Shown here: positions 28,818 through 38,472 of the stretch, in pieces
Layout of the letters: each line of letters starts with the position of its first letter
Numbering within the stretch: position 1 is the first letter of the stretch
DNA from: Chloroflexota bacterium
GTDB lineage: Bacteria; Chloroflexota; Dehalococcoidia; Lucifugimonadales; UBA3495
Assembly: GCA_027623675.1 (NCBI GenBank)
Contig: JAQBVF010000008.1
Span: forward strand, 32,001-96,000
Direction of reading: 5' to 3'
Length of the DNA stretch: 64,000 bases
Translations under genes and position numbers: made by a program
Notes under the pieces: generated by a model
The model's input: only the letters and a program-made list of their open reading frames with translations
Told to the model about the DNA's origin: nothing
The model's database searches: none

Positions 28818-29411
28818 TTAGAGGATAATCATTTCCGCGTCGCCCACTATCCAGGCATCGTTGGCTTCAGAGTCCTGGCGATACCAATGCCAGCGAACCT
28901 CGAAATTGAGGACATACCGTTTTCGACCCATTCCTAGCGGGTGAAGCAAGAACAGCACCAATTCCCGAGGTGTTGAATAACTTACATTAATCGTCAGCGC
29001 CCCAGACGGCATTGGATGGGGGACTTCGTGTATCGCCAGCATCACATTTCGGCTAGAAAAATGAGTAGAAAAATTCAAGGGGCTGCCGGCGAACAATCTG
29101 CCGAGGCCGAATTCTAAATCGGCGGAATGTCCCACACCGTATCGCAGATTGAATCTCACGTAGACATCTTCGGCATTGGCGTCAGCAGAAACATTCTGAA
29201 GTTCGTATCTAACGATCCAATTAGGAACATCTGATATTAATGCAGGGAAGTTTGGAATTTCCGCCAACCGTAAATCGGGAGCAATATCACGCAAATATCG
29301 TGCTCTTTGGACGGCGTAAGCGAACACCGCAGCAAATGCCAGAACTAGGCCCGACGACACGGTAAATAGCGCGACCAGCCAATCTAGCCAATCGCGGTCT
29401 GGTGTAGGCAT
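28818..29411 (-). CDS. Hypothetical protein with N-terminal TM helix, atypical AT-richer composition
   Basis: 197-aa ORF with hydrophobic N-terminus; no family recognised. Confidence 0.65.
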   Translation of the reverse strand: MPTPDRDWLDWLVALFTVSSGLVLAFAAVFAYAVQRARYLRDIAPDLRLAEIPNFPALISDVPNWIVRYELQNVSADANAEDVYVRFNLRYGVGHSADLEFGLGRLFAGSPLNFSTHFSSRNVMLAIHEVPHPMPSGALTINVSYSTPRELVLFLLHPLGMGRKRYVLNFEVRWHWYRQDSEANDAWIVGDAEMIIL

Positions 29412-29660
29412 TTTCCTATCTTACCAGCCGATGGAGTATCAAAGGGTATCCATCAAATTCCAATACCGGCCCTTCATAGAGTCAAGGCTGGAGGCTTCGA
29501 CTTTACCTCTTCGAAGAATAACGGCACTGAGTTCTAGACGGCCAAACTTCAGAACTTGCGGAGCGCCCTTCCACCCACAACCGTGCTATCCTGTCGCGGG
29601 CATTTATGTAAGTCCGATATAATCCGCTGCACCATCCGTTTTCATTTAGGAGATACTGCC

Positions 29661-30404
29661 ATGCCGTCTTTTACCAAGGGAGATGTCACCATCCATTACG
29701 AGGAGGCCGGGTCCGGGTTCCCGCTGCTGGTCACCCCCGGCGGGGGATTGAACTCCGTGGCCAGCGGCTGGCCTCGCCAGGTGTTCAACGCGTTCGAGGA
29801 GTTATCGAGCGACTTCCGCTGCATCACCATGGACCAGCGCAACGCCGGCGGCGGGTCCACTGGGCCGGTCCAGGTCGAAGACCCTTGGGGGGCCTTCGCC
29901 GATGACCAATTGAGCCTGTTGGACCACCTGGGCGTGCGACAGTTCGGTTTCATTGGCTTCTGCATCGGCGGCCCCTTCGCTCTCAGGCTGATGAAGAACG
30001 CGCCCGATCGCATCATGTCCGCCGTGCTCTGCCAGCCCGTTGGCAGCAACGCTGAATTCCCCGATTCCATGTACGACTCAGGCCAGAACCAATGGGGACC
30101 AGGACTGATGGCGCAGCGGCCGGATATAACCAAAGAAACTATCGACGCGTATCTGCACAACCTCTACCGGGACCTTGAACCTGACTTCGTATACAGCGTG
30201 TCGCGCGACTTCGTCCGTTCCTGCCAAACGCCGATGCTGGTCATGCCCGACAACACGCCGTCGCACTCGTACGAGGTCGCGATCGAGGTGGCCGAGTTAG
30301 CGCCGAACGCCGAGGTGACGGTCTATCCCTGGAAGGAAGACCCGGATGTGTTGGCCGCTACCATCAACCAGGTGCGCGAGTTCTTTAAAGCCCACCAAAC
30401 CTAG
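29661..30404 (+). CDS. alpha/beta fold hydrolase with Cys nucleophile elbow
   Basis: IHYEEAGSGFP, MDQRNAG, GFCIGG; AGGAG RBS. Confidence 0.88.
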   Translation: MPSFTKGDVTIHYEEAGSGFPLLVTPGGGLNSVASGWPRQVFNAFEELSSDFRCITMDQRNAGGGSTGPVQVEDPWGAFADDQLSLLDHLGVRQFGFIGFCIGGPFALRLMKNAPDRIMSAVLCQPVGSNAEFPDSMYDSGQNQWGPGLMAQRPDITKETIDAYLHNLYRDLEPDFVYSVSRDFVRSCQTPMLVMPDNTPSHSYEVAIEVAELAPNAEVTVYPWKEDPDVLAATINQVREFFKAHQT

Positions 30405-30451
30405 CCAAGGGCGCGGGTTCCATCAAGCCCGCCAAACCTAGAAAGAAGGGT

Positions 30452-30487
30452 AACCCGTTACCGAACCCGTTACCGGACCCGGGACCG
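30452..30487. repeat. 12-bp tandem repeat (aacccgttaccg x2 plus a degenerate copy)
   Basis: Direct inspection. Confidence 0.65.
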
Positions 30488-30495
30488 AACCAACC

Positions 30496-30540
30496 AAAGG
30501 AACGTCGGCAGCCGCTAGGGGCCGCCGACGTTCCTTTTTT
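30496..30540. terminator. Terminator between convergent genes
   Basis: aaaggaacgtcggc...gccgacgttcctttttt. Confidence 0.8.
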
Positions 30541-30639
30541 CAGCCCGACCAGTACCGGCCCGTGGACCGATCGTCTGCCAGACGTGGTCGATTGCGGCTG
30601 AAACACCGCTGGAGCGATCCCGTTAGTGACCGCTCGCCA

Positions 30640-31482
30640 TCAGAAGCTCGGCTTGGTCGGGAACGGAGTCAATTGGATCTCGTGCGTCCAACAAGATCTG
30701 TCCTGGGTGTGCAGGTAATAGAACGCCTCGGCGATCTTAACGGGGTTCATCACCAGGTCGGGCTGCTGCTGCGCTTTCGGCAGCGCCCGCGTGCCCGGGG
30801 AGTCGATCGTGCCGTCGATGATTACGTTGGCCACGTGCACGCCGTGCTCGGAATATTCCTCGGTCAGCACCTGCGCCAACGTGCGCATCATCACCCTTGG
30901 GTAGTACAGCGACTGCCCGGTCTCCCGCTTCTTCCCGCGCAGGGATGACGGGTTATTCGAGATGAGGAAAGAACCTTCGCCACGCTTCCGCATGGCCGGC
31001 AGCACCTGCTTGGCGACCAGGAACGGCCCCCGGCTGGCGATGTGCTGGGCCGTTTCGAACATCTCCACCGGTATGTTTTCAAGCAATTCCATCTCTGGCG
31101 GAAGGTCGCGCCCCTCCAGGTAACCCGCGTTGTAGACCAATACGTTTGGGTCGCCGGCCTCATCCCGGACCCGGGCGAACGCGTTGGAGATGGAATCCTC
31201 CGAGACCAGGTCAAGCTCCACGATCATGCTCTCGCCGCCTTGCTCCCGGATCGCCGCCTCCAATGGCGCCGCGTTGGGGGCGTTGCGGGTAGTCAGCACC
31301 ACGAAGAATCCTTCCTGCGCAAACTTCTGGGCCACGGCGCCCCCGATGCCCCAGCGCACGCCGACGGGCAGGCCGCTGTCGTCGATGGCGCCGCCGTGGG
31401 CCAGTTTGGTGTTGCGGCCGTCCGCCTGCCATTTGGATGTCGCCCCCACCACGACGGCGACCGGTTTATCGTTCGAGTTCAT
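30640..31482 (-). CDS. Atypical SDR family oxidoreductase
   Basis: VVVGA...GIG, LVYNAG, GVHVANVIIDGTID. Confidence 0.85.
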   Translation of the reverse strand: MNSNDKPVAVVVGATSKWQADGRNTKLAHGGAIDDSGLPVGVRWGIGGAVAQKFAQEGFFVVLTTRNAPNAAPLEAAIREQGGESMIVELDLVSEDSISNAFARVRDEAGDPNVLVYNAGYLEGRDLPPEMELLENIPVEMFETAQHIASRGPFLVAKQVLPAMRKRGEGSFLISNNPSSLRGKKRETGQSLYYPRVMMRTLAQVLTEEYSEHGVHVANVIIDGTIDSPGTRALPKAQQQPDLVMNPVKIAEAFYYLHTQDRSCWTHEIQLTPFPTKPSF

Positions 31483-31532
31483 GCCGGGTTACCTCCTCTG
31501 CTGATGCGATTTCTCGCGTAGTGTAACGCGTT

Positions 31533-32650
31533 CTACCGGGGCGGCTCGTCCTTCAGGCCGAAGCCCGTGACCGGAACCAGCACCGTGCCGCCCGCTTGGA
31601 CCGCGCCCTGACCGCTGAGCAGCTCTAGTCCCGCGAACGCCGACGACGACGTTGGTTCGGCGAAGATGCCTTCCATCTCGGCCAGGTCTCGCTGAATCTT
31701 CAGGATGCTGGGCTCCTCGACCGCCACCGCGGACCCGCCGGTCCGGCGCAGGATATCCAGTATCTGCCATTGACGGGGCGGCGTCGCCACCGCGATGCCC
31801 CCGGCCACCGTTCTCGCGGCGGCGTTGGGTGTCCAGTCCTCTCCATTGTGGGCGGCCACCAAAGGCATGACGCTCCGGGACTGGACCACGTGGAGCCGGG
31901 GCATCTTCTCGATGAAACCTCCGGCTAACAACTCGCTGAAACCCTTGAATGCCCCATGAAGAGGGAGCCGTTCCCCACCGGGAAAACAACGTGGTCCGGC
32001 GGCTCGCCGTTGAATTGCCTCACGGCCTCGTAGGCAAATGCCTTGGCGCCCTCGGCGAAGTATGGGCTCATCATATGCGACGCGTAGACCAGGCCGTGCT
32101 GCTGGTAGTAAGCGACGGCCGCCGCCGCCACCGCGTCCCTCGTGCCTTCGGCCGGGTGGACCACCGCGCCATAGGCCCGAATCTGCCGGAGCTTGGCGTC
32201 GGGCGCGCCGGCCGGCACGAAGATATGCGACTTGATCCCGGCCCGGGACGCGTAGGCCGACACCGAAGCCCCCGCGTTGCCCGACGAGTCTTCGACCATC
32301 TCCGTCACACCGTGCTCTTTGGCGACCGAGACCATGGTTGCGGCGCCCCGGTCTTTGAAAGACCCCGTCGGATTCAGGAATTCCAGCTTGGCATGCAGGT
32401 GGAGCATTGGAAAACGCGCTCCCAGCGTGGGCAAGGGCACGCAGGGCGTGTTCCCCTCCCCCAAGGACACCTCGGAGCCGGGATCATGCACCGGCGTAGG
32501 AATCTCATAGCCGCCCGGCACGATCCGTGCCTGGCCGCCGGTTATGTACGCAACATCAAAGGGCGCGCCGCAGTCGCCGCACGCCTCCGCCAACATATCC
32601 GCCGCGCGGGCTCTTCCGCACCGTGGGCAACGTAACTCGATGTGTGACAC
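31533..32650 (-). CDS. thrC: Threonine synthase-like PLP enzyme, split by a 1-nt deletion at about 31952-31955
   Basis: CPRC..CGDC, SLGEGNTP, NPTGSFKDRG, SSGNAG, PVGNG; adding one G restores MGAFKGFSELLAGG and continues to EPTSS...TGFGLK. Confidence 0.8.
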
Positions 32651-32782
32651 GGATCTTGTTCTATATTGATTCTGGTTCGGCCATCGCCGGCCGCCTTCGG
32701 TATTTGTTAGAAATTCGATTTCACACCGAAAATCTCAGCAACCATTCCGCAATCAATCTTGACCTCTCCGTGAATAGAGATT

Positions 32783-34045
32783 CTAACAATACTTGGTATC
32801 TAAACGACAAGCGCTGGTAATATCCGCTTCCGCCGCTGCATTCCTGCCCAATTGTTGCCAAGCGTATGAACGATTAACAAAATTAATCGCTGAGGTGCCC
32901 CCAGAAATCTGCACGGCCTGGGTGTAATCATCTACAGCTTCGTGATAGAAGCCCAGGACGTAATACACGTTGCCCCGATTGTTGTAATAAGCGGAATCCG
33001 GTACTGCGGTCTGTTCTATCGCCCGAGAGTACTCAATAAGAGCCTGGTAGTATTGCTGGCTGTTGTAAAGAAATTCGGCTTCCATGAAATGTTCGTAAGC
33101 GGACATCGCGGGAGTAGGGCTTGGCCAAGGCGTCGAAGTTGGTCGGGGAGTAGCAGTCGGAAACGGAGTCGGCGTTACCAATGCATATTTGAACCCGCCT
33201 TTCAGGACTGGGATTTGGTTAGCTATATCAAATGATGGAACCAGAAACCCGATGTTGTCTGCTTCTAGCTTCGAAGTGGGAATCCCGATCAATTTACCAT
33301 CTCGGTCAACCGCCGCTCCTCCGCTGTTCCCAGGGTTGATTGCCGCGTCGGTCTGGATAACCGTCTGTCCGTTGAGTTGTCTGATAGCCGACACTACACC
33401 TCTGGTGGTCGTGCTTTCGCCGGTCAAACCCAGCGGGTATCCAATCGTAGTTATCTCTTCATTTACAGCCGGCCTCCGATTCGAGAGCGTCAGGTACTTT
33501 AATGTCCTGAAAAAAGGTTCTACTTTGACAATCGCAATGTCCTTTAATTCGTCGAAGCCGACGACAGTACCCAACAAGGTATAAGAATCTTCTATGCGGA
33601 TATCCACATATGAATAACCACTGACCACATGGTAATTTGTGAGGATATAGCCACTGGAATCAATGATTGTACCCGATCCTCTACTGGCCGGGGTTTCGAT
33701 TCGAACAATAGCATCTTGAACTCTTGCCGTTACCTCCGCGAATGTTGGAGTCGAGGTCGCTTTCGGCAACGCAGTTGAAGTGGGCGCAGGAATCGCCGTC
33801 CGAGTTGGGGTGGGAACCGGGGTGGCAGAGGGAACGACGGTAGAGGTGGGCGCTGGCGTTACGGTTGCCACCTCGGACAACCGCAGGCTAACGATTGCCT
33901 CAACCGTACCAGCAATATCGGGTGTGGGTGTAGGCGTGGGCTGTGGAGTATCAGTCGGAGGAATGGGTGTCGCAACAGCAGAGCAACCGACCAGGACTCC
34001 AATCGCTGCTATCAAGGCCACGACTGGAATTGGGCGATGCTTCAT
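32783..34045 (-). CDS. Lipoprotein trypsin-like (S1C) serine protease with Pro/Thr linkers and C-terminal TPRs
   Basis: LVGC lipobox, TNYHVV, DIAIVK, INPGNSGG, YYNNRGNVY TPR; AT-richer than flanks. Confidence 0.88.
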   Translation of the reverse strand: MKHRPIPVVALIAAIGVLVGCSAVATPIPPTDTPQPTPTPTPDIAGTVEAIVSLRLSEVATVTPAPTSTVVPSATPVPTPTRTAIPAPTSTALPKATSTPTFAEVTARVQDAIVRIETPASRGSGTIIDSSGYILTNYHVVSGYSYVDIRIEDSYTLLGTVVGFDELKDIAIVKVEPFFRTLKYLTLSNRRPAVNEEITTIGYPLGLTGESTTTRGVVSAIRQLNGQTVIQTDAAINPGNSGGAAVDRDGKLIGIPTSKLEADNIGFLVPSFDIANQIPVLKGGFKYALVTPTPFPTATPRPTSTPWPSPTPAMSAYEHFMEAEFLYNSQQYYQALIEYSRAIEQTAVPDSAYYNNRGNVYYVLGFYHEAVDDYTQAVQISGGTSAINFVNRSYAWQQLGRNAAAEADITSACRLDTKYC

Positions 34046-34342
34046 TTGGTTTCCTACCCTCAATTGGCTCGGCGGGCGAAGGACCCATATTCAGGCCAGA
34101 TTCCCCGATAATTTCGGGCCTGTCGATTATATCATCACGCGTAACTTAATCGGTAATATACGAGGAAGCGGGTCAACTTGCTCATGCAAGATGAGTTGGC
34201 TAACGTGCTTGGAACGCGCCAATCATCCCAATCGCAAGCGGACCTCTCCCCAACTGACTGTGCCCCCGGCGCGGTAGTGATATTGCTCCAACGAGATCTT
34301 GGGCCTGGGACCACGCTGGGGCCCCGAGTAAAGGGCGTCACT

Positions 34343-34561
34343 GTGAAAGATAGCAAGAAGAAGTTTCACCTCGCCCAGTTTCTGGTACATGGTCCGACAT
34401 ACCATAGTCTAGCCATGTGGCGTCATCCCCGCACCGATTGGCCCGACGATAGTTGGCGCAAACCCGAACTCTACCAGCATATTGCCAAGTTCCGCGAGCG
34501 GGGCCGGTTCGAGATCGCGGTCTTCGCCGACCCCGTTCCCACTGAACGCAGTGCCGCTTAA
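34343..34561 (+). pseudogene. N-terminal fragment of NtaA/DmoA-family FMN-dependent monooxygenase
   Basis: AMWRHP...YQHIAKFRERGRFEIAVFAD, then the similarity ends and a stop follows. Confidence 0.7.
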
Positions 34562-34694
34562 AGTCGACCGTGCCGGTTGCGGGGCTTCCCCGTGGGTATC
34601 TTATAGGCGACCGCCCCCTAAGCTATAATCCCCGGCGTCACTTCAGAGTGGGACCCACGGGGGAGACCCGAGGGGAGATTTAAAGGGGAGATTC

Positions 34695-35150
34695 ATGAAA
34701 GCCAAATCCATCTCGCATATCGCGGTTTGTGTCAGTGACTTGGATCGGTCGCTGGCCTTCTACCAGGGCATCCTGGGCATGACCGTCTCGCTGGACACGG
34801 TCCAGGACACCCGCGGCGGCTCCCGGACCTACACCTACAAGAACGAGCGCGACACCCGCCGGGTGGCCCACTTGAGTTGGGGTGAGGACCAAGAACCCTA
34901 CCTGGTGATGACCTGCCACCCCGGGAGCCAGCCCGACGGCGCGCCCATCAAGTTGGACCAGATCGGTGTCAGTCACTTCTCATTCACCGTGGATGATGTG
35001 CTGGGTCTGGCCAACGAACTGGTGGCCAAAGGCGTGGAGATCCCGGGCGGCATCCAGGCATTCACCAACGCCAAGGGCGAAGTAAGCTCCTTCTACGTAA
35101 CCGACCCGGACGGCATACTGGTCCAATTCGACGGTGGGTCCGCGGCCTAG
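34695..35150 (+). CDS. VOC (glyoxalase-like) family protein
   Basis: SHIAVCVSDLDRSLAFY..ILG, HFSFTVDD, DPDG. Confidence 0.88.
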   Translation: MKAKSISHIAVCVSDLDRSLAFYQGILGMTVSLDTVQDTRGGSRTYTYKNERDTRRVAHLSWGEDQEPYLVMTCHPGSQPDGAPIKLDQIGVSHFSFTVDDVLGLANELVAKGVEIPGGIQAFTNAKGEVSSFYVTDPDGILVQFDGGSAA

Positions 35151-35163
35151 CGGCTGACCGCCG

Positions 35164-36627
35164 CTATTCGCAGAAATCGCTGGTGGCGCCTTCCTTGCCC
35201 GTGGGCAGAGAGCGCATCTTCTCGCCGTCGGCGGCGGGCAGGTAGTCGAAGAAGCACACACCGTAATGGCCGAACTCTTTGTCGGAGGCGAAAAGGTCAG
35301 CCCACGCCGGGTTGGGGACCACGTTGTTGGGCTTTCGCACGTCGTAGAGACCAAAATCCACGAATATGTTTGCCGGCGGAATCCCGACCGCGGTTCCCAC
35401 CACATCCCCCTGGTCGACCCAGAACGGCGGGTTGATAAAGCTGGTCCGGCTGTCGCCGGAATTCGCGGGCGGGATGTCTTTCAGCGCCTCGGCAAGCTCG
35501 GGCGGCACTTCTAGGACGTGATCGAACCGGTAGAAGAACCCGCACGGCACCGAGAAGAACAGCAGGTATTGGGGCACGCCCGATTCCAGGTATTTGGCGG
35601 CCTGCACCAGGTGTGACCCCACCGGCGCTCTAACCGTGACATTGTTGTCGGCATTCCCGTCGAACCGGAACCCGCCGTGGGCGACGTACGCGCCGCGCTG
35701 CTGGCCGGGCCACAACGCCGAGGTCACGATGCTCATATCCACCGGCGTCTGCAGGACAAACGGGTCGTCACAATTTGGCGCTTCGCCGTTGGGCGACCAC
35801 TCTACGCCGTTGAACATCCACCGGACGCCGGACTCCGAAGCCGCTACCGGTGCGTCGTGGCTGGCGGGCGTTGGCGTGGCCGGTGGCCGCTGAGTAGGAA
35901 CGGGGATGGCTGCCGGTGGTATTTGCGTCTGCCGAGCTCCCCGGACCAGCGTTTCCTTGATCGATAGGGTCCCGCGTTCCCCGACCACCGTGAGGTCAAT
36001 GGCCACCGATTGGCCGGCGTCGATTCCGGACACGCCCTCCAGATACCACTGCAACTTCGCCTTCTCACCCGGCAGGAGCCGCAATGGCTCTCCCTCGTAT
36101 CGAGACGGCGGGATTGAGATGTATTCGTTGCGGTCCCATCTGACCCTGGACGGGAATCTCTCCCAGGTACCGCTGGTTTGGGCCCGCGCGGCCCCTCCTT
36201 CGACGAACGAGATCGTCACCGACTTAAACTCGATGGTCTCGCCGCTTTCGTTGTAGGCAAGTATCTGGGTCTCTTGCGTTGAAAGATTATCCGGTTCATC
36301 CAGCGGCCAATAGTACTCAAGAATCAGGCCGTTCTGCTGGTAGAACACGTTGGTTGGGACCTGACTCTGGCCGCCTGCCGGCTGTGTCTCTGCTGATTTC
36401 GGCCCGGCGGCGTGCTCTATTGCCGCCGGCCCAGGCGTCGCCAGAGGAACAGCGGATTCCTGGGGCGTCGTTGTCGGAGCAGGGTCTACCGCCAGACCGG
36501 GTATGGGAATGGGAACCGCGGTGGCCAAGCCCGGAACTTGCGTTCGTATCGACTCAGCCCCACATGCCATTAGAAGCAACAGGGTGACTGGGGCGGCCAG
36601 AAGGAACGCCAGTCTGCGAAGGTTCAT
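35164..36627 (-). CDS. Hypothetical lipoprotein with a C-terminal M23/LytM-like domain
   Basis: LMAC lipobox, Pro-rich linkers, HGGFRFD, VRAPVG, YRFDH, VDQGDVVG. Confidence 0.65.
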   Translation of the reverse strand: MNLRRLAFLLAAPVTLLLLMACGAESIRTQVPGLATAVPIPIPGLAVDPAPTTTPQESAVPLATPGPAAIEHAAGPKSAETQPAGGQSQVPTNVFYQQNGLILEYYWPLDEPDNLSTQETQILAYNESGETIEFKSVTISFVEGGAARAQTSGTWERFPSRVRWDRNEYISIPPSRYEGEPLRLLPGEKAKLQWYLEGVSGIDAGQSVAIDLTVVGERGTLSIKETLVRGARQTQIPPAAIPVPTQRPPATPTPASHDAPVAASESGVRWMFNGVEWSPNGEAPNCDDPFVLQTPVDMSIVTSALWPGQQRGAYVAHGGFRFDGNADNNVTVRAPVGSHLVQAAKYLESGVPQYLLFFSVPCGFFYRFDHVLEVPPELAEALKDIPPANSGDSRTSFINPPFWVDQGDVVGTAVGIPPANIFVDFGLYDVRKPNNVVPNPAWADLFASDKEFGHYGVCFFDYLPAADGEKMRSLPTGKEGATSDFCE

Positions 36628-36716
36628 GAACCGATCCTAGCAAATGCAGGCGTCTAAATCTAACCGGCAGTCAGCCCTTCTCCATAACCAGATCACCGGG
36701 ATTCAAGGCGTCCAAT

Positions 36717-36730
36717 ATGACTTATGTCAT
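36717..36730. promoter_or_regulatory. ATGAC-N4-GTCAT palindrome in a divergent promoter region
   Basis: atgacttatgtcat between the divergent lipoprotein and MFS genes. Confidence 0.35.
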
Positions 36731-36853
36731 GTCATTTCCGGCGCTGCCTACACTTGGTGTGTTTTGGTCTGAGACTGCCCCTACCTCATTTCATATCAAC
36801 TATCACGATACTTATGCTAGGCTGATATCGTAAATAATGTTACCGTATTAGGC

Positions 36854-38170
36854 GTGTCCAACTCTGATTCCACCAACAACTCGAACGCTGGGAACGGCTC
36901 CAACCCCGCAGCCAGACTGAAAGAGACTCTGGCCTACCCCGGTTGGAGGGTCGTTGGCGCCTGCTCTTTTTTGGCCGTGTTCGTCGGCAGCATCTTCGTC
37001 TACGGATTCCCCGTTTTCTTCCTGCAGATCCAGCGCGACCTGGAACTGAGCAGCGCGGCCACATCGCTGATCTTCGCCCTATCCAGAGGCGAGGCCGGGA
37101 TTGCCGGGCCCATCACGGGCTGGATCGTGGACAAATTCGACTCCAGACCCATCGTCATCTTCGGCGGGTTGATGGTGGGAGGCGGGTTGGCCATCCTGTC
37201 GGTGGTCCACACCTATTGGATATTCCTGGTTGTGTTCATCGGCATGGTGGCGGTGGGCAACAACACCAGCTTCGGCCAAACGTTCCTGGCGGTGATCAAC
37301 CGGTGGTTCGTCAAGCGCAAGGCCGTCGCCATGACCCTGGTCATCACCTCCTACACCATCGGCGGCGCGTTCATGGTGCCCCTGCTGTCCCGTGGCGTTG
37401 AGGCCCTCGGCTGGCGGACAGTGCTGCTCTACGCCGGCATCTTCGTGGTGGCTCTGTCCATCCCGACCTCGTTCTTCATCCGCCGTTCACCCGAGAGCGT
37501 GGGCATCGACATCGACCAATCACCCGAAGCGATTGACAGAACCGCATCGCCGTCCGCCCGGGCAAGCATCTCGGACACCGACTTCGGGGTTAAAGAAGCG
37601 CTCAAGACCACCACCTTCTGGTTATTGATGGTCGCCAGTTCTCTGCGCATCTCAGTAACCAGCGGATTATTGGTCCACGCCATACCGATCATGACCTGGC
37701 GGGGACTCAGCGAGCAATCGGGGGCCGACCTGATCGCACTGCTCTTCTTCATCGCCATCCCGGCCCGCCTGTTCTTTGGACTCTACAGCTCCGGTATACA
37801 GACCCGCTTCATACTGGGCATGGGCATGGCCTTCGGCACATTGGGGCTATTCACGCTGATATTCGTCAGCGCTGGCTGGGCGGTCTACACCTTTGTGGCC
37901 GGGATCGCGCTCTTGGAGGGCGCCACCACGCTCAACTGGGTGCTGATGGGTCAGTACTACGGACGGCGCAACTTCGCCACAATCATCGGCATGATCACCG
38001 CCGTCTACAGCGTCGGGATGCTGGCCTCGCCGTTGTTCCTGGGCTGGGTCTTCGACAGCACAGGCTCCTACCGGGCCGGCCTGATCGTGTTCCTGGTGAT
38101 GTACGGGACCAGCGCGGTCTTCTTCCTGTTCAGCTCCCGGCCCACGAAACGCGCCGTCCAACCGGCATAG
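36854..38170 (+). CDS. MFS transporter (MCT/OFA-like)
   Basis: YPGWRVV, GWIVDKFDSR, WFVKRK, YYGRRNF; about 12 hydrophobic segments. Confidence 0.92.
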   Translation: MSNSDSTNNSNAGNGSNPAARLKETLAYPGWRVVGACSFLAVFVGSIFVYGFPVFFLQIQRDLELSSAATSLIFALSRGEAGIAGPITGWIVDKFDSRPIVIFGGLMVGGGLAILSVVHTYWIFLVVFIGMVAVGNNTSFGQTFLAVINRWFVKRKAVAMTLVITSYTIGGAFMVPLLSRGVEALGWRTVLLYAGIFVVALSIPTSFFIRRSPESVGIDIDQSPEAIDRTASPSARASISDTDFGVKEALKTTTFWLLMVASSLRISVTSGLLVHAIPIMTWRGLSEQSGADLIALLFFIAIPARLFFGLYSSGIQTRFILGMGMAFGTLGLFTLIFVSAGWAVYTFVAGIALLEGATTLNWVLMGQYYGRRNFATIIGMITAVYSVGMLASPLFLGWVFDSTGSYRAGLIVFLVMYGTSAVFFLFSSRPTKRAVQPA

Positions 38171-38472
38171 CCCGGCCTCAGCCTGCCGATTTCACCGGCA
38201 CCACTTGGCCGGCGTCATCCAGAGGGAGAGTCATGGCAGCAACGGCTGTGAATACCTCCTGCGCTGCCACACCGGTCCTCACTTGGGGTCCGGGCCTCTC
38301 CAATGACACCCCACTCGACCGCCACTGTAAAGAGATGGCACCTACTACAACGGCCGGTTCATCTTGGTCGAAGAACCGCAAAGCATTCAGGTTTCAGGGA
38401 ATCGGTATAGTACAATCCCACCCATGCTAAACTACCCCAATCCGAACCATATCCGACTTTCGGAGTTACAAC

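Noticed and set aside
31925..31960. Programmed ribosomal frameshift at the split genes
   Set aside because: No slippery heptamer or stimulatory structure is evident; a homopolymer indel is the simpler explanation.
28640..36000. Integrative element with attL/attR at selC
   Set aside because: No integrase and no duplicate of the tRNA 3' end were seen.
38178..38430. Short ORFs between the MFS and MOSC genes
   Set aside because: No RBS or convincing motif; the faint thioesterase-like tail is too weak to call.
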